The notes under the pieces are model-generated. The model made no database searches. It was given only the letters and a program-made list of their open reading frames with translations, and was not told where the DNA came from. From Solirubrobacterales bacterium (GTDB taxonomy: Bacteria > Actinomycetota > Thermoleophilia > Solirubrobacterales > 70-9), in contig JBQCHH010000008.1 of the NCBI GenBank assembly GCA_051954855.1, positions 18,978-82,977 on the forward strand: a DNA stretch of 64,000 nucleotides, given 5' to 3'. Below, one piece after another: positions 18,468-28,481 of the stretch. Both the position numbers and the translations under genes were made by a program. The stretch's first letter is position 1, and the number at the start of each line of letters is the position of its first letter.

Positions 18468-20996
18468 ATGGCGCTGGAAGCACTTACCGGCCGTATCGAA
18501 GAGCGCGAGCTCGAGAAGGAGATGCGCTCGTCGTACCTCGATTACGCGATGAGCGTGATCGTCGGGCGGGCGCTGCCGGACGTGCGGGACGGGTTGAAGC
18601 CGGTGCATCGGCGGGTGTTGTTCGCGATGCACGACATCGGCCTGCAACCGACCCGGTCCTACCGCAAGTGCGCCTACATCGTCGGTGAGGTGATGGGCAA
18701 GTACCACCCGCACGGCGACTCGGCGATCTACGACACGTTGGTACGTATGGCGCAGGACTTCTCCCTGCGGTACGTCCTCGTCGACGGGCAGGGCAACTTC
18801 GGCTCGATCGACGACGACCCGGCGGCCGCGATGAGGTACACCGAGGCGCGGCTCGGGCGGCTCGCGACCGAGATGCTGCGGGACATCGACGCGGACACCG
18901 TCGACTTCGGCCCCAACTACGACGAGAAGGCGCAGGAACCGCTGGTGCTGCCGGCGCGCTTCCCGAACCTGCTGGTCAATGGCACCTCCGGGATCGCCGT
19001 GGGGATGGCGACCAACATCCCGCCGCACAACCTGCGCGAGGTCGCCGCCGCGGTCACCGCCTACATCGACGATCCCGGGATCGATCTCGAGGGCCTGATG
19101 GAGCACGTCAAAGGGCCGGACTTCCCCGGCGGCGGGATCATGAGCCGCGAGGGGATCCGCGACGCCTACGCCTCCGGCCGCGGCAGCATCCGGGTGCGGG
19201 CGCGCGCCCACGTCGAGCCGCTCAAAGGCGGCAAGGAGGCGATCGTCGTCACCGAGCTTCCCTTCATGGTCAAAAAGGGCGGCGAAGGCGGCCTGATCAC
19301 CAAGATCGCCGATCTCGTCCGCGACAAGAAGCTGGAGGGCATCTCCGACCTGCGCGACGAGTCCGACCGCTCCGGCATGCGGCTGGTGATCGAGCTGAAG
19401 CGCGGCGGCCCGCCGGCGAAAGTCGTTCTCAACAACCTCTACAAGAAAACCGCCATGCAGACGACCTTCGGCGCCAACATGGTGGCGCTGGTCGACGGGG
19501 TGCCGCGGACGCTGAGCCTGCGCGAGCTCGTCCACTACTACGTGGAGCACCAGCGCGAGGTCATCACCCGCCGCACCCAGTACGAACTGCGGCGGGCCGA
19601 GGCGCGGGCGCACATCCTCGAGGGGCTGCTGGTCGCGCTCGACAACCTCGACGCGGTGATCAAACTGATCCGCGGCTCGAAAGACCCGGACGCCGCCCGC
19701 GACGGGCTGATCTCGCAGTTCGAGCTCTCGCGCGAGCAGGCGCAGGCGATCCTCGACATGCGCCTGCAGCGGCTGACCGCGCTGGAGGCCGACAAGGTCC
19801 GCGCGGAGCACGCCGATTTGGTCGAGCGGATCGGCGAACTGCGGGCGATCCTCGGCGACGAAGCCAAAGTGATGGGCTTGGTCAAGGACGAGCTGGCCGA
19901 AGTCGTCGAGTCCTACGGCGACGAGCGCCGCACCGAGCTCGCCCACTTCGAGGGCGACGTCGGGATCGAGGACATGATCGCCGACCAGCAGATGGTGATC
20001 TCGCTGACCGCCTCCGGCTACGTCAAGCGGCTGCCGCTGGCGACCTACCGCCAACAACGCCGGGGCGGGGTCGGGGTGATGGGGATGAACCTCAAAGAGA
20101 ACGACTACATCGCCCATCTTCACATCTGCTCGACCCACGACTTCCTGCTCTTCTTCACCAACCGCGGCAAGGTCTACCGGCTCAAGGTGTACGAGCTGCC
20201 GGAGGGCTCGCGCACCTCGAAAGGCAGCTCGCTCAACAACCTGCTGCCGCTCCGCGAGGGCGAGCGGGTGATGGCGGTGATCCCGACCCGCGACTTCAAA
20301 GAGAACAAGTACCTGGCCTTCGCCACCGCCCAGGGGCTGATCAAGAAAACGAAATTCCTCGCCTACAACACGCCGATCCGCGCCGACGGGATCATCGCGA
20401 TCAAGGTCCGCGACGGCGACGAGTTGGTGCAAGTCCGCCTCACCTCGGGCGAAGACGACATCCTGATGGTCTCCCACTCCGGCCACGCCTCCCGCTTCTC
20501 GGAGAAGCTCGTGCGCGAGATGGGCCGCGACACCAGCGGCGTCAAAGGGATGAACGTCGCCGGCAAGGACAACCGGGTGCTGGCGATGGACGTCGCCCGC
20601 AACGACACCGAACTCTTCGTCGTCACCGAGAACGGCTACGGAAAGCGCACGCCGGTCGCCGAGTATCCGGTCAAGGGCCGCGGCACGAAAGGCGTGCTGA
20701 CCGCGAAGCTGACCGAGAAGAAGGGCGGCCTCGCCGGCGCCCTGATCGTCGCCGAGCACCAGGACCTCCTCTTCATCTCGCAGAACGGGATGGTCCAGCG
20801 CACCTCCGTTGGCGGCATCTCGCAGATGGGCCGTGCCACCCAGGGTGTCAAGGTGATGAACATCAAGGACGACGACCGCGTCAGCGCCGTCGCCCTCGTG
20901 GTCGAGTCCGAAGAATCGGACTCTCCTACCGAGATCGAGCCCCAGGCCGAGGAACTGCCTGGCGCCGACGGGGCGTCCGCGGACGGAGCGGGCTAG
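18468..20996 (+). CDS. gyrA: DNA gyrase subunit A
   Basis: [43 protein letters not shown] (QRDR), YTEARL (catalytic Tyr), C-terminal beta-pinwheel repeats and an acidic tail. Confidence 0.95.
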   Translation: MALEALTGRIEERELEKEMRSSYLDYAMSVIVGRALPDVRDGLKPVHRRVLFAMHDIGLQPTRSYRKCAYIVGEVMGKYHPHGDSAIYDTLVRMAQDFSLRYVLVDGQGNFGSIDDDPAAAMRYTEARLGRLATEMLRDIDADTVDFGPNYDEKAQEPLVLPARFPNLLVNGTSGIAVGMATNIPPHNLREVAAAVTAYIDDPGIDLEGLMEHVKGPDFPGGGIMSREGIRDAYASGRGSIRVRARAHVEPLKGGKEAIVVTELPFMVKKGGEGGLITKIADLVRDKKLEGISDLRDESDRSGMRLVIELKRGGPPAKVVLNNLYKKTAMQTTFGANMVALVDGVPRTLSLRELVHYYVEHQREVITRRTQYELRRAEARAHILEGLLVALDNLDAVIKLIRGSKDPDAARDGLISQFELSREQAQAILDMRLQRLTALEADKVRAEHADLVERIGELRAILGDEAKVMGLVKDELAEVVESYGDERRTELAHFEGDVGIEDMIADQQMVISLTASGYVKRLPLATYRQQRRGGVGVMGMNLKENDYIAHLHICSTHDFLLFFTNRGKVYRLKVYELPEGSRTSKGSSLNNLLPLREGERVMAVIPTRDFKENKYLAFATAQGLIKKTKFLAYNTPIRADGIIAIKVRDGDELVQVRLTSGEDDILMVSHSGHASRFSEKLVREMGRDTSGVKGMNVAGKDNRVLAMDVARNDTELFVVTENGYGKRTPVAEYPVKGRGTKGVLTAKLTEKKGGLAGALIVAEHQDLLFISQNGMVQRTSVGGISQMGRATQGVKVMNIKDDDRVSAVALVVESEESDSPTEIEPQAEELPGADGASADGAG

Positions 20997-22012
20997 CCCC
21001 CAACACCAACAGCGCCTGAGAGGGGGCGCTGCGCTTCGGCTTCGAAAGCCTCTCCCGTCAGCGGGAACGAGGGGGCTCCGGGGAAGTTGACGGTGAGGTC
21101 GCCGGTCCAGGTCTTGGTCCCGTCGGGACTCGCCGTGTAGACGCCGACGCCGTGGAACGGAGGTGGCGGCGCAGCTTCGGCGTGGGTCAGAGCGTCATTG
21201 ACGACGAGGCTGCCGGAGTGCTGAGCGGTGACGGCGAGGCTGCCTGAATGCTGAATGGCGACGGCGAGGCGGATGATCGCGACCGAGCCGAGGGCCTGTT
21301 CGGACCTGGCGAAGAAAATCGGATGGAACAGAAGAGTCGTCGCGGAAAAATCAGCGGATTCGGTGCCGCGCCGCCACCCCGCCGTCAGCTCTTCACGCGG
21401 CACGAACGAGGAGAAGGGGCCCGACGAGGCAGTTGCCGATCGGCGCACGAAGAAGTGCGCGTGGGCGCAGACAGCGGTCTCCCGGCGAATGCTGCCGCCG
21501 GCGCGGTGAACCCGGACCGAGACGTAGTCGCCTTCGCCGGAGAAGCGGAAGCCGCCGACCCAGACACCGCGCCGTTTGGGGTGCCGGATGCTCCCGTGAC
21601 AGTGATGACGAGGCGGCAGCGGCGCCAGGTGAGGAGAGGGCCGGAAGCGCATGTCCAGCTTCCCGAAGCGCCCGAAATCGGCCGCCAACCTCCGGGAGGT
21701 CGCGACGCCGCGACCCAAGTAAGCGGTGACGGTGCCTTTCCGGCGGCCGATGATGACGACGATCGCACCCCCGATCTCGGTGGCCTCGACCCTGTAGCCG
21801 CTCGCGGTCTTGATCCGGAGGGTGGGCCGGAAATCGAAGCCTTGCTTCCTCGTGGAAGTCTCCTTTCGCACCAGCGGGACGATCTGCCCCCAGGCGGTTG
21901 CGGCGGGCCCCAGTCGCTCGAGCGGGACTTGCGCCTGAGCCACGGACGCGCTCGAGGCGACCAAGACGAGCAGCGCCGGCAAAAGCAAGAGGACCGGAAG
22001 CCCGCGCCTCAT
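20993..22012 (-). CDS. Secreted protein of unknown function, partner Q1 of the S1 protease; paralogue of 23013..23945
   Basis: Signal peptide [28 protein letters not shown]. Blocks shared with Q2: YL.(R/K)GVAT..RL.A.FG.FGK..MRF, YVSV.VHRA.G, PFHG.G.Y.A.PDG..TWTGDL.VNFPG.P..PLTG. ATGA overlap with the upstream protease gene. Confidence 0.7.
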   Translation of the reverse strand: MRRGLPVLLLLPALLVLVASSASVAQAQVPLERLGPAATAWGQIVPLVRKETSTRKQGFDFRPTLRIKTASGYRVEATEIGGAIVVIIGRRKGTVTAYLGRGVATSRRLAADFGRFGKLDMRFRPSPHLAPLPPRHHCHGSIRHPKRRGVWVGGFRFSGEGDYVSVRVHRAGGSIRRETAVCAHAHFFVRRSATASSGPFSSFVPREELTAGWRRGTESADFSATTLLFHPIFFARSEQALGSVAIIRLAVAIQHSGSLAVTAQHSGSLVVNDALTHAEAAPPPPFHGVGVYTASPDGTKTWTGDLTVNFPGAPSFPLTGEAFEAEAQRPLSGAVGVGG

Positions 22013-22986
22013 CTCAGCCTCGCCACCCGTCCGTAGAGCCGCGCCACTTCCTGGCCGAAGTAGGACCCGTAGTCGGTCGCGGGGTCACGGGGATAGGCGT
22101 AGTCGGTAACGCTGTTCAGCGTGTCGCCTCCGATCGTCCAACCGCCGCCGGAGGCGCCACCGGTCACGTTGCAGGACACGGCCAGGTTCAGCGGGCCTTT
22201 CATCAGATAGCTCAGCGCGTCATGGGCGAGAAACGGCGTCTGCGAGCAAAGTCGCTGGGTTTCGCCGTCGAAGGGCGGTCCGGCTGGATAACCGTGAACG
22301 TCGAACACCTGGCGGGCTGGCTGGTTCCAGGCGATCCCGTCCCCGCCAACCGCTGCCTCCAGCGACTGCCCGCGTTCGTTGCGCCCGACCACAGCGGCGC
22401 CGACGTCGGCGTCCTCGCTCTCCTCCGACATCCACAGCTTCGTCGCGTCGAGATGGGTGGCGGGGAAAACCCCGAACGGCCGTTGTCCGAAGCGGAAGCC
22501 CGGAACGAAGACCCAGAGCCTGTCGTACCAGTGGTGGTTGGAGAAGCGGTTGAAGACGCAGTGTCCGGCGGTGAAGACGACACTGCGGTTGGGAGCGTTC
22601 ACCGAAGTGCCCGAGCAGCGCGCGGGGATTCCGTCTACGAGAAAGAAGACCACGCCGTTGCGGCGAAGCTCTTCGCTCGTCGGGTACGCTACTTCGTCAA
22701 AAGTCACGCCAGAAGCAGTGGCAGCCGTCGCCATGACCGCCCCTGGCCGTCCGTCCGGTTCGGCCCCCCGGCTGAGATGGAGGCTGGGGGGCGAGCCTTC
22801 CATCGGTTTCGCCGCGCGCATCCGCGCGGGGGTCCAGTAGCGCAGAGCCTGCTGGGTCAAGGAGGGGTCGATCCGGACGCTTGCCCGCGCCGACGATCCC
22901 CCGCCGAAGAGGGCGACGAGCAGCGCACCGAAAACGAGCACACCGACTTTCCAGGGGACGCCGGGAGCCCCGCCTGGCCGCATCAT
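22009..22986 (-). CDS. Secreted trypsin-like serine peptidase (family S1), copy P1
   Basis: Signal/TM segment, then VVFTAGHC (His), DVGAAVV (Asp) and TGGASGGGW (Ser nucleophile). Paralogue of 23942..24955. Confidence 0.75.
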   Translation of the reverse strand: MMRPGGAPGVPWKVGVLVFGALLVALFGGGSSARASVRIDPSLTQQALRYWTPARMRAAKPMEGSPPSLHLSRGAEPDGRPGAVMATAATASGVTFDEVAYPTSEELRRNGVVFFLVDGIPARCSGTSVNAPNRSVVFTAGHCVFNRFSNHHWYDRLWVFVPGFRFGQRPFGVFPATHLDATKLWMSEESEDADVGAAVVGRNERGQSLEAAVGGDGIAWNQPARQVFDVHGYPAGPPFDGETQRLCSQTPFLAHDALSYLMKGPLNLAVSCNVTGGASGGGWTIGGDTLNSVTDYAYPRDPATDYGSYFGQEVARLYGRVARLR

Positions 22987-23012
22987 GGACCAGAGTCTAT
23001 CCGCGTACTCGC

Positions 23013-23945
23013 CTAGAACGGCGCTTCGAGGAAGGTCTTGAAGTCCGGGCCCGTGAGGGGGTAGCGGGGGTCGCCGGGGAAGTTGACGCTGAGGTCGCCG
23101 GTCCAGGTGGTGCTGCCGTCGGGGGCGGCGCGGTAATGGCCGGCGCCGTGGAACGGAGCCGGAGGTGAGAGATCGGCGGCGGTGGCGGCTTCGTTGACGT
23201 GGAACGCTTTATGAGGGTCGGCGAAGGCGGCCCTGATGATCGCCAGCTTGCCTCGGCTTTCTTCGTGCGTCGCCAAAAGCTCTGATATCGGGCCGAATTC
23301 GAGCGCGAGGAGGCGGGTGAAGTCGACCCCGTGGCGCGACTCGGCCAGGAAGGCGGAGGGAGTCACGAAGAAAATGTTGCCGCCGCCGTTGGAATGGCGA
23401 TGGGGATGAGGGTGGGGACGCCGCGGACACCGTCCCCCCGGTTCCAGAATCCCTCCGGCAGCTCGATGGACGTGAACCGAGACGTAGCCGTTTTCTCCAC
23501 GGAAGCGGAGGCTGCCGACGAAGATGCCCTTGCGTCGAACGAGCCGGAAGGTGCCTAGGCAAACAGCGCGCTTGCTCGTTTCGTGGAAGCGCATCAGGAC
23601 CTTGCCGAAGTTGCCGAAGGTTGCCTGCAGCCGCTCCGGGGTCGCTACCCCCTTGGCGAGGTAGATGGTCTCGGCAACAGCCTCCCGATGCTGGTTGGAG
23701 ACCACGAGGGTCACCGCGCTGCCGAAGGTCGAAACCCCTACTTTGTAGCCGCCAGACGAAGGTTCCACCTGGAAGCCGGAGCGAAAAACGTGGAGAGGGG
23801 GAACGGGCGCTCCGACCTTGGTCATCAGCTTGCGCGGCGGCAGCGGCGGCAAGAGCCGTTCTTCTTCTGCGGCGTGAGCGGCGGGTGCCGCCAGCAGCGC
23901 CACTGCCAGCGCGAAAGGAATGAGGATGGTGAGCCGGAGACTCAT
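23013..23945 (-). CDS. Secreted protein of unknown function, partner Q2; paralogue of 20993..22012
   Basis: Signal peptide MSLRLTILIPFALAVALLAAPAAHA. Same conserved blocks as Q1. Contains a His-rich patch, CPRRPHPHPHRHSNGGG. ATGA overlap with the upstream protease P2. Confidence 0.7.
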   Translation of the reverse strand: MSLRLTILIPFALAVALLAAPAAHAAEEERLLPPLPPRKLMTKVGAPVPPLHVFRSGFQVEPSSGGYKVGVSTFGSAVTLVVSNQHREAVAETIYLAKGVATPERLQATFGNFGKVLMRFHETSKRAVCLGTFRLVRRKGIFVGSLRFRGENGYVSVHVHRAAGGILEPGGRCPRRPHPHPHRHSNGGGNIFFVTPSAFLAESRHGVDFTRLLALEFGPISELLATHEESRGKLAIIRAAFADPHKAFHVNEAATAADLSPPAPFHGAGHYRAAPDGSTTWTGDLSVNFPGDPRYPLTGPDFKTFLEAPF

Positions 23946-24955
23946 CTCACCTTTGCCGCTCGTCCGTAGAGTCGTGCGACTTCCTTACCGAAGTAAGCGC
24001 CGAAGTCGGGGCTGGTGTCGTCGAAATAGCCGTAGTTGGTGACGCTGTTGAGCGTGTCTCTGTCGATCGTCCAGCCGCCCCCTGAGGCGCCGCCGGTGAC
24101 TCCGCAGGCGACCGCGAGGTTGAGCGGCCCGGGGAAGAGGAAGGAGTCAGGGTCGTGGCCGATGAACGGTTCGTCGCGGCAGATCCGCTGGGTTTCCCCG
24201 TCGAACGGTTCTTCCGCCGGGTAGCCGTGGACGTCGAAGGTCTGGCGCGGCTTCAGGTTCCAGGCGATCCCGGCCCCGCCGACTGCTTCGCCGAGCGTTT
24301 CGCCGCGCTGGTTGGGGCCGACCACGGCAGCGCCGACGTCGTAGTTCTCGCTGCCGCTGCGGCGCCACTGCTTGGTCGTGTCGATCCAGCGCGCCGGGAA
24401 GACGCCGAAGGGCCGCTGCCCGTAGCGGTAGGCGGGGACGAAGACCCAGCGCTCCTTGAACCAGCGCCCGCGCGGACCGCCACTGTTGATGCAGTGGGCG
24501 GCGGTGAAGACCACGCTCTGGTTTCCGGAATGGACTGCCGTCCCCGAGCAGCGGGCGTAGCCGAAAATCCCGAAGGAGATGAAGATCGCGCCGTTGATCC
24601 GGTATTCGGGCGCCGTGGGGTCGGCCACCTGTTCGAAGCCGGATGCTTCGATCGTGAGCCGCGGCAGCTCGCCCGAGACGCGGTGCGGGCGACCGCGCAC
24701 GCCGGCCCGGGAGGCGGCAGCAGCGTCGAGGCGCGAGCGCTTGATCTCGAGCGGCTTCGCTTCCCGCATCCGCTGCGGCGTCCAGAAGGCGCCGGCTTCA
24801 CGGGCGGACAGCTGCGGCACCCAGACGCCGGCACGAGCGGGGGCGGCAGCGACGGCAACGATCGTCATGAGGAGAAGGAGCCCCGCCAGCATCGCGCCCG
24901 CGAGCGCCCGTTTCGGTCCCCCGGCCCGCGCAATCATCGGCGCAAGTCTACTCAC
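23942..24955 (-). CDS. Secreted trypsin-like serine peptidase (family S1), copy P2
   Basis: VVFTAAHC, DVGAAVVG, FDVHGYPAEEPFDGETQRIC, VTGGASGGGWTI. N-terminal signal/anchor. Confidence 0.75.
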   Translation of the reverse strand: MSRLAPMIARAGGPKRALAGAMLAGLLLLMTIVAVAAAPARAGVWVPQLSAREAGAFWTPQRMREAKPLEIKRSRLDAAAASRAGVRGRPHRVSGELPRLTIEASGFEQVADPTAPEYRINGAIFISFGIFGYARCSGTAVHSGNQSVVFTAAHCINSGGPRGRWFKERWVFVPAYRYGQRPFGVFPARWIDTTKQWRRSGSENYDVGAAVVGPNQRGETLGEAVGGAGIAWNLKPRQTFDVHGYPAEEPFDGETQRICRDEPFIGHDPDSFLFPGPLNLAVACGVTGGASGGGWTIDRDTLNSVTNYGYFDDTSPDFGAYFGKEVARLYGRAAKVR

Positions 24956-25013
24956 GTACTCAGAGGTACCTGCTCACCGACCGAGATGAAGCTGTGACAA
25001 CTCGCGCTGGCGC

Positions 25014-25523
25014 CTACGCGGCCTGCGGTAAGTACTGCTGCCAGGCGGGCGGGATCTTCGGGCTGGCGACCTGGATGAAGACCGTCGGCGGCGGCGCCTT
25101 CGGGGTCTTCGCCGGGTGCATGTGGATCTCGCGCGGGAGGCGGTTGCCCTTGCGGCGGTTGCAGGACGCGCAGGCGGCGACGATGTTCTCCCAAACCGAT
25201 TGACCGCCGCGGGAGCGGGGGATGACGTGGTCGACGGTGAGCCCGGATTTGGTGCAGCCGCAGTACTGGCAGGTCCAGGAATCGCGGGCGAGGACGGCGC
25301 GACGGGTGATCTTGCGGCGGTGCGCCTCGCGTGGGATCCGCACGTAGTTGACGAGCCGGATCACGTCGGGCCGCTCCATCGTCATCCGCTCGGAGTGCAG
25401 CGCGGCGCCGTCCCGCTGCTCGAGTAGTTCTGCTTTTTCCTTCAGGAGCAGGACAGCGGCTCGTCTCAACGTGCAGACGTTGATCGGCTCATACGTCGCG
25501 TTGAGTACCAGCACCCTGGCCAT
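25014..25523 (-). CDS. HNH endonuclease
   Basis: WTCQYCGCTKSGLTVDHVIPRSRGGQSVWENIVAACASCNRRKGN: Cys4 plus the H-N-H motif. Confidence 0.85.
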   Translation of the reverse strand: MARVLVLNATYEPINVCTLRRAAVLLLKEKAELLEQRDGAALHSERMTMERPDVIRLVNYVRIPREAHRRKITRRAVLARDSWTCQYCGCTKSGLTVDHVIPRSRGGQSVWENIVAACASCNRRKGNRLPREIHMHPAKTPKAPPPTVFIQVASPKIPPAWQQYLPQAA

Positions 25524-26373
25524 GGTTGACGGAAATTGTAGGGCCCACCGCGTAGGAACCCAGGATTCGCACCGATTCGGCCTTCGTCCGCAGCTGCGCG
25601 ATCGCCTCGGAGACGGCCGGGTCGGTGTCCCGGCCCTCGAGGTCGCAGAAGAACATGTAGCGCCCCAGGCCCTGGCGCAGCGGCCGCGACTCGATCCGGG
25701 TCAGGTTGATTCCGCGGCTGGAGAACTCGCTCAGCGCTTCGACCAGGGCGCCGGGGTGGTCGGCCCCCAGCTCGGAAAATACGAGCGAGGTTTTCCACGC
25801 CCCCTCACCTGCCGACTCGGTCCCGGCGGGGGCGATCCAGACGAAGCGGGTGACGTTGTCGGCGGAGTCCTCGACCCCTTCCAGAAGCAGCTCGCATCCA
25901 TACAGCGCCGCCGCCGCCCGCGCCCCCAGCGCCGCCCACGGCCGCGAGGACTCGCTCACCATGCGCACCGCCGCCGCGGTGCTGCTGACGCTGCGCCGTT
26001 CCACCTCGGGGAAGGTCTCGCGCAGGAAGCGGGCGCACTGGGCGAGCGGCTGGGGGTGCGAGAGCACCGCCTCGACGTCCTCGACCCGAACGCCGTCGCG
26101 GGCGATCAGGTGCACCCGAACTCGGTAGTCGTGCTCGCCGACGATCGTCACCGCCCTCGCCTCGAAGGCAAGGGTGTCGAGGGTGGGGCGGATCGAGCCC
26201 TCGACCGAGTTCTCGATCGGCACCAGCGCCCGCTCCGCCTCGCCGCGCTCGACCGCGAGGATCGCGTCATGAATCGTCGCCGTCCGCAGCGCCTCGTAGC
26301 CGCCGTCAGGCAGCGCCTCCCCGAGCGCGTCCTCGGTGAAGGTTCCAGCGGGTCCTAAATAGGCGATGCGCAT
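25489..26373 (-). CDS. pheA: Prephenate dehydratase (PDT + ACT domains)
   Basis: MRIAYLGPAGTFTEDA, VPIENSVEGSI, TRFVW, GINLTRIESRP, FFCDLEG. The 3' end overlaps the HNH gene start by 35 nt. Confidence 0.9.
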   Translation of the reverse strand: MRIAYLGPAGTFTEDALGEALPDGGYEALRTATIHDAILAVERGEAERALVPIENSVEGSIRPTLDTLAFEARAVTIVGEHDYRVRVHLIARDGVRVEDVEAVLSHPQPLAQCARFLRETFPEVERRSVSSTAAAVRMVSESSRPWAALGARAAAALYGCELLLEGVEDSADNVTRFVWIAPAGTESAGEGAWKTSLVFSELGADHPGALVEALSEFSSRGINLTRIESRPLRQGLGRYMFFCDLEGRDTDPAVSEAIAQLRTKAESVRILGSYAVGPTISVNHGQGAGTQRDV

Positions 26374-26379
26374 CGCCGG

Positions 26380-27414
26380 CTATTCAACCAGCAGCGTGTA
26401 AGTGGCTTCGTTGTTTTCGGTGAGGGTCTCGCCTGGCACCGGTTCGGCTTCGATTTCGAGGGTGACTTCGCCTTTCGGCGCGGGGGTGAGTGGGATCGTC
26501 GCCGTCGCTTCTTCGCCGGCGCCGATTTCTTCGATTTCGCCCTTGATCGACTTGCCTTCGACGGTGACGACGACGGTGACGCCGTTCTCGGTCGATTCGC
26601 CCTGGTTCTGAACCGTGACTTCCACTTCGACCCCTTCCGCGGCCGCGACGGGGGTGGCGCCGCCTTCGACCAGTTCGGAGCCGTTGACGCTGACCGTGCC
26701 CAGGCCGAGCCCGTGGATGCCCGGCCCCGCCGAGCCGCTGTTGCCGCTGATCGCCCCGAGGGCGCTTTCGACAGTGCGGGCTTCCAGCCATTTTTCGTCC
26801 GGCAGGAAAGAGCTTTCCGGCACGTCGTGGCCGGAGATCCCGTTCGAGGCGAGGACGTTGTCGATTTCCCCCCGCACCACCGTTTCGTAGACGACGTCGG
26901 AGGCGAGCAGCTTCTGCATCTGCCTGGCGATGCCGGCCATCGCCTTCTGCGCTCCCGCTTCGCCGAGCGCGGTGCTCATCTTTTCGGCGATCTGAGTCAT
27001 CGCGCCGGCCCGCAGCTCGTAGACGAGTTTGAGGTTGTTCTGGGCGTCCTTCATGTCGCCGGGCGCTCCCAGGCTTTCGACCCGGGAGACGTAGTTGTCC
27101 ATCGCGCTGGCGTCGGCGCTGACCTTGGCGACGAACTCGGTGACCGAGAGGTTGCCGGGGCTTTCGAGGCTGCCGAAGAAGTCTTTGCTCGTCTGTTCCG
27201 TTTCGTTGACGATCTCGGTGACCTTGTCGGCGTAGTCGCTCAGTTCCGATTCGGCACGGGCGTCGAGGCAGCCCTTGATCCCGAGCACGATCAGGATCAG
27301 GAGCAGCAGGCCACCGCCGAGGGCAAGCGCGCGCCGCAGCATGATCTGCTGGCGTTCCGGTCTGCGTTTGGGCCGCTCGCGCCGGGGCGGGCGTCGTGAG
27401 GCGAAGTCCTCCAC
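26380..27414 (-). CDS. Membrane-anchored protein with C-terminal CARDB-like domain
   Basis: Basic N-terminus plus one TM helix (LALGGGLLLLILIVLGI). C-terminal VEVEVTVQNQGES...ATATIPL...GETLTENNEATYTL resembles CARDB (E-x-N-E-x-N-N). Confidence 0.55.
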   Translation of the reverse strand: MEDFASRRPPRRERPKRRPERQQIMLRRALALGGGLLLLILIVLGIKGCLDARAESELSDYADKVTEIVNETEQTSKDFFGSLESPGNLSVTEFVAKVSADASAMDNYVSRVESLGAPGDMKDAQNNLKLVYELRAGAMTQIAEKMSTALGEAGAQKAMAGIARQMQKLLASDVVYETVVRGEIDNVLASNGISGHDVPESSFLPDEKWLEARTVESALGAISGNSGSAGPGIHGLGLGTVSVNGSELVEGGATPVAAAEGVEVEVTVQNQGESTENGVTVVVTVEGKSIKGEIEEIGAGEEATATIPLTPAPKGEVTLEIEAEPVPGETLTENNEATYTLLVE

Positions 27415-27533
27415 GGAGGCGAGAGTATGACTTCTGGCGGCGTTTCAGCGCCAGGAGCCGCCGCAAACGCCACCTTTTTCCCAATCGGGGCACCAGCAGG
27501 AAGAGATCCCTTACCGGCGAAGTGGAGAGAGCC

Positions 27534-28448
27534 ATGGTTGGCTCGCTCGTGCTCAACCGGTTCCTGATCGAGCGCCGCATCGGCAGCGGCGGCTTCGGCG
27601 TCGTCTACGAGGCATGGGACGGCCGGCTTGAGCGCCCGGTTGCGGTGAAGGCGATCGAGCAGCAGGGGGAGGCCGGCCGCCGGGTGCTGCGCGAGGCGCA
27701 GGCGGCGGCGCGGCTCAACCACCCCGGCATCGTCACTTTGTACGAGCTTGGCGAAGAGGACGGCAACGCGCTGCTGGTGACCGAGCTGGTCGAGGGCTCG
27801 ACCCTCGCCCGCCTCGCCCGCGACGGCGAGCTCTCCGACCGCGAGATCGGCGAGATCGGCGCCGACCTCTGCGAGGCGCTCGACCACGCCCACTCGCGCG
27901 GCGTCGTCCACCGCGACATCAAGCCGCAGAACGTGCAGGTGCTCGAGGACTCCGAGCCGCGGGCGAAGCTGATGGACTTCGGCGTCGCCCACCTCGCCGA
28001 CGACGCGCCGCTGACTGCGGCCGGAGACGTCGTCGGCACCCTCGCCTACATGTCGCCCGAGCAGGCCGAAGGCCGCCCCGCCGGGCCCGAGGCCGACGTC
28101 TACTCGCTGGCGCTGACCCTGTACGAGTGCTGGAGCGGCGAGAACCCGCATCGGCGCGCCACCCCGGCCGCGACCGCGCGGGCGATCGGCGGCCGCGCCC
28201 GCCGCCTGCGCCGGCTCCGCCCCGACCTGCCGCGCGAGCTGAGCGAGACGATCGACGCCTGCCTCTCGCCCCGGCCCAACCATCGCCCCTCGCTGGAGGA
28301 GCTGGGGACGACGATCGAGGACTGCCTCGACGAACTGGCCGACCGCTTGCCAACTTCCCACGGCCACTTCGCCACCCGCATCGGCGCCCTCGCCGCCGCC
28401 GCGACGATCGGCGGCTTCCTGGCGCTGCACGGAGCGGCGCTCCCTTAG
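27534..28448 (+). CDS. Ser/Thr protein kinase (Hanks type), short form with C-terminal hydrophobic anchor
   Basis: ATG 27534 with GGAGAGA upstream. IGSGGFGVVYEA, AVKAI, HRDIKPQNV, DFGVA, GTLAYMSPEQ. Confidence 0.8.
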   Translation: MVGSLVLNRFLIERRIGSGGFGVVYEAWDGRLERPVAVKAIEQQGEAGRRVLREAQAAARLNHPGIVTLYELGEEDGNALLVTELVEGSTLARLARDGELSDREIGEIGADLCEALDHAHSRGVVHRDIKPQNVQVLEDSEPRAKLMDFGVAHLADDAPLTAAGDVVGTLAYMSPEQAEGRPAGPEADVYSLALTLYECWSGENPHRRATPAATARAIGGRARRLRRLRPDLPRELSETIDACLSPRPNHRPSLEELGTTIEDCLDELADRLPTSHGHFATRIGALAAAATIGGFLALHGAALP

Positions 28449-28481
28449 GTCCCGCACAGACCGGATCCCTAGGATTTCGCC

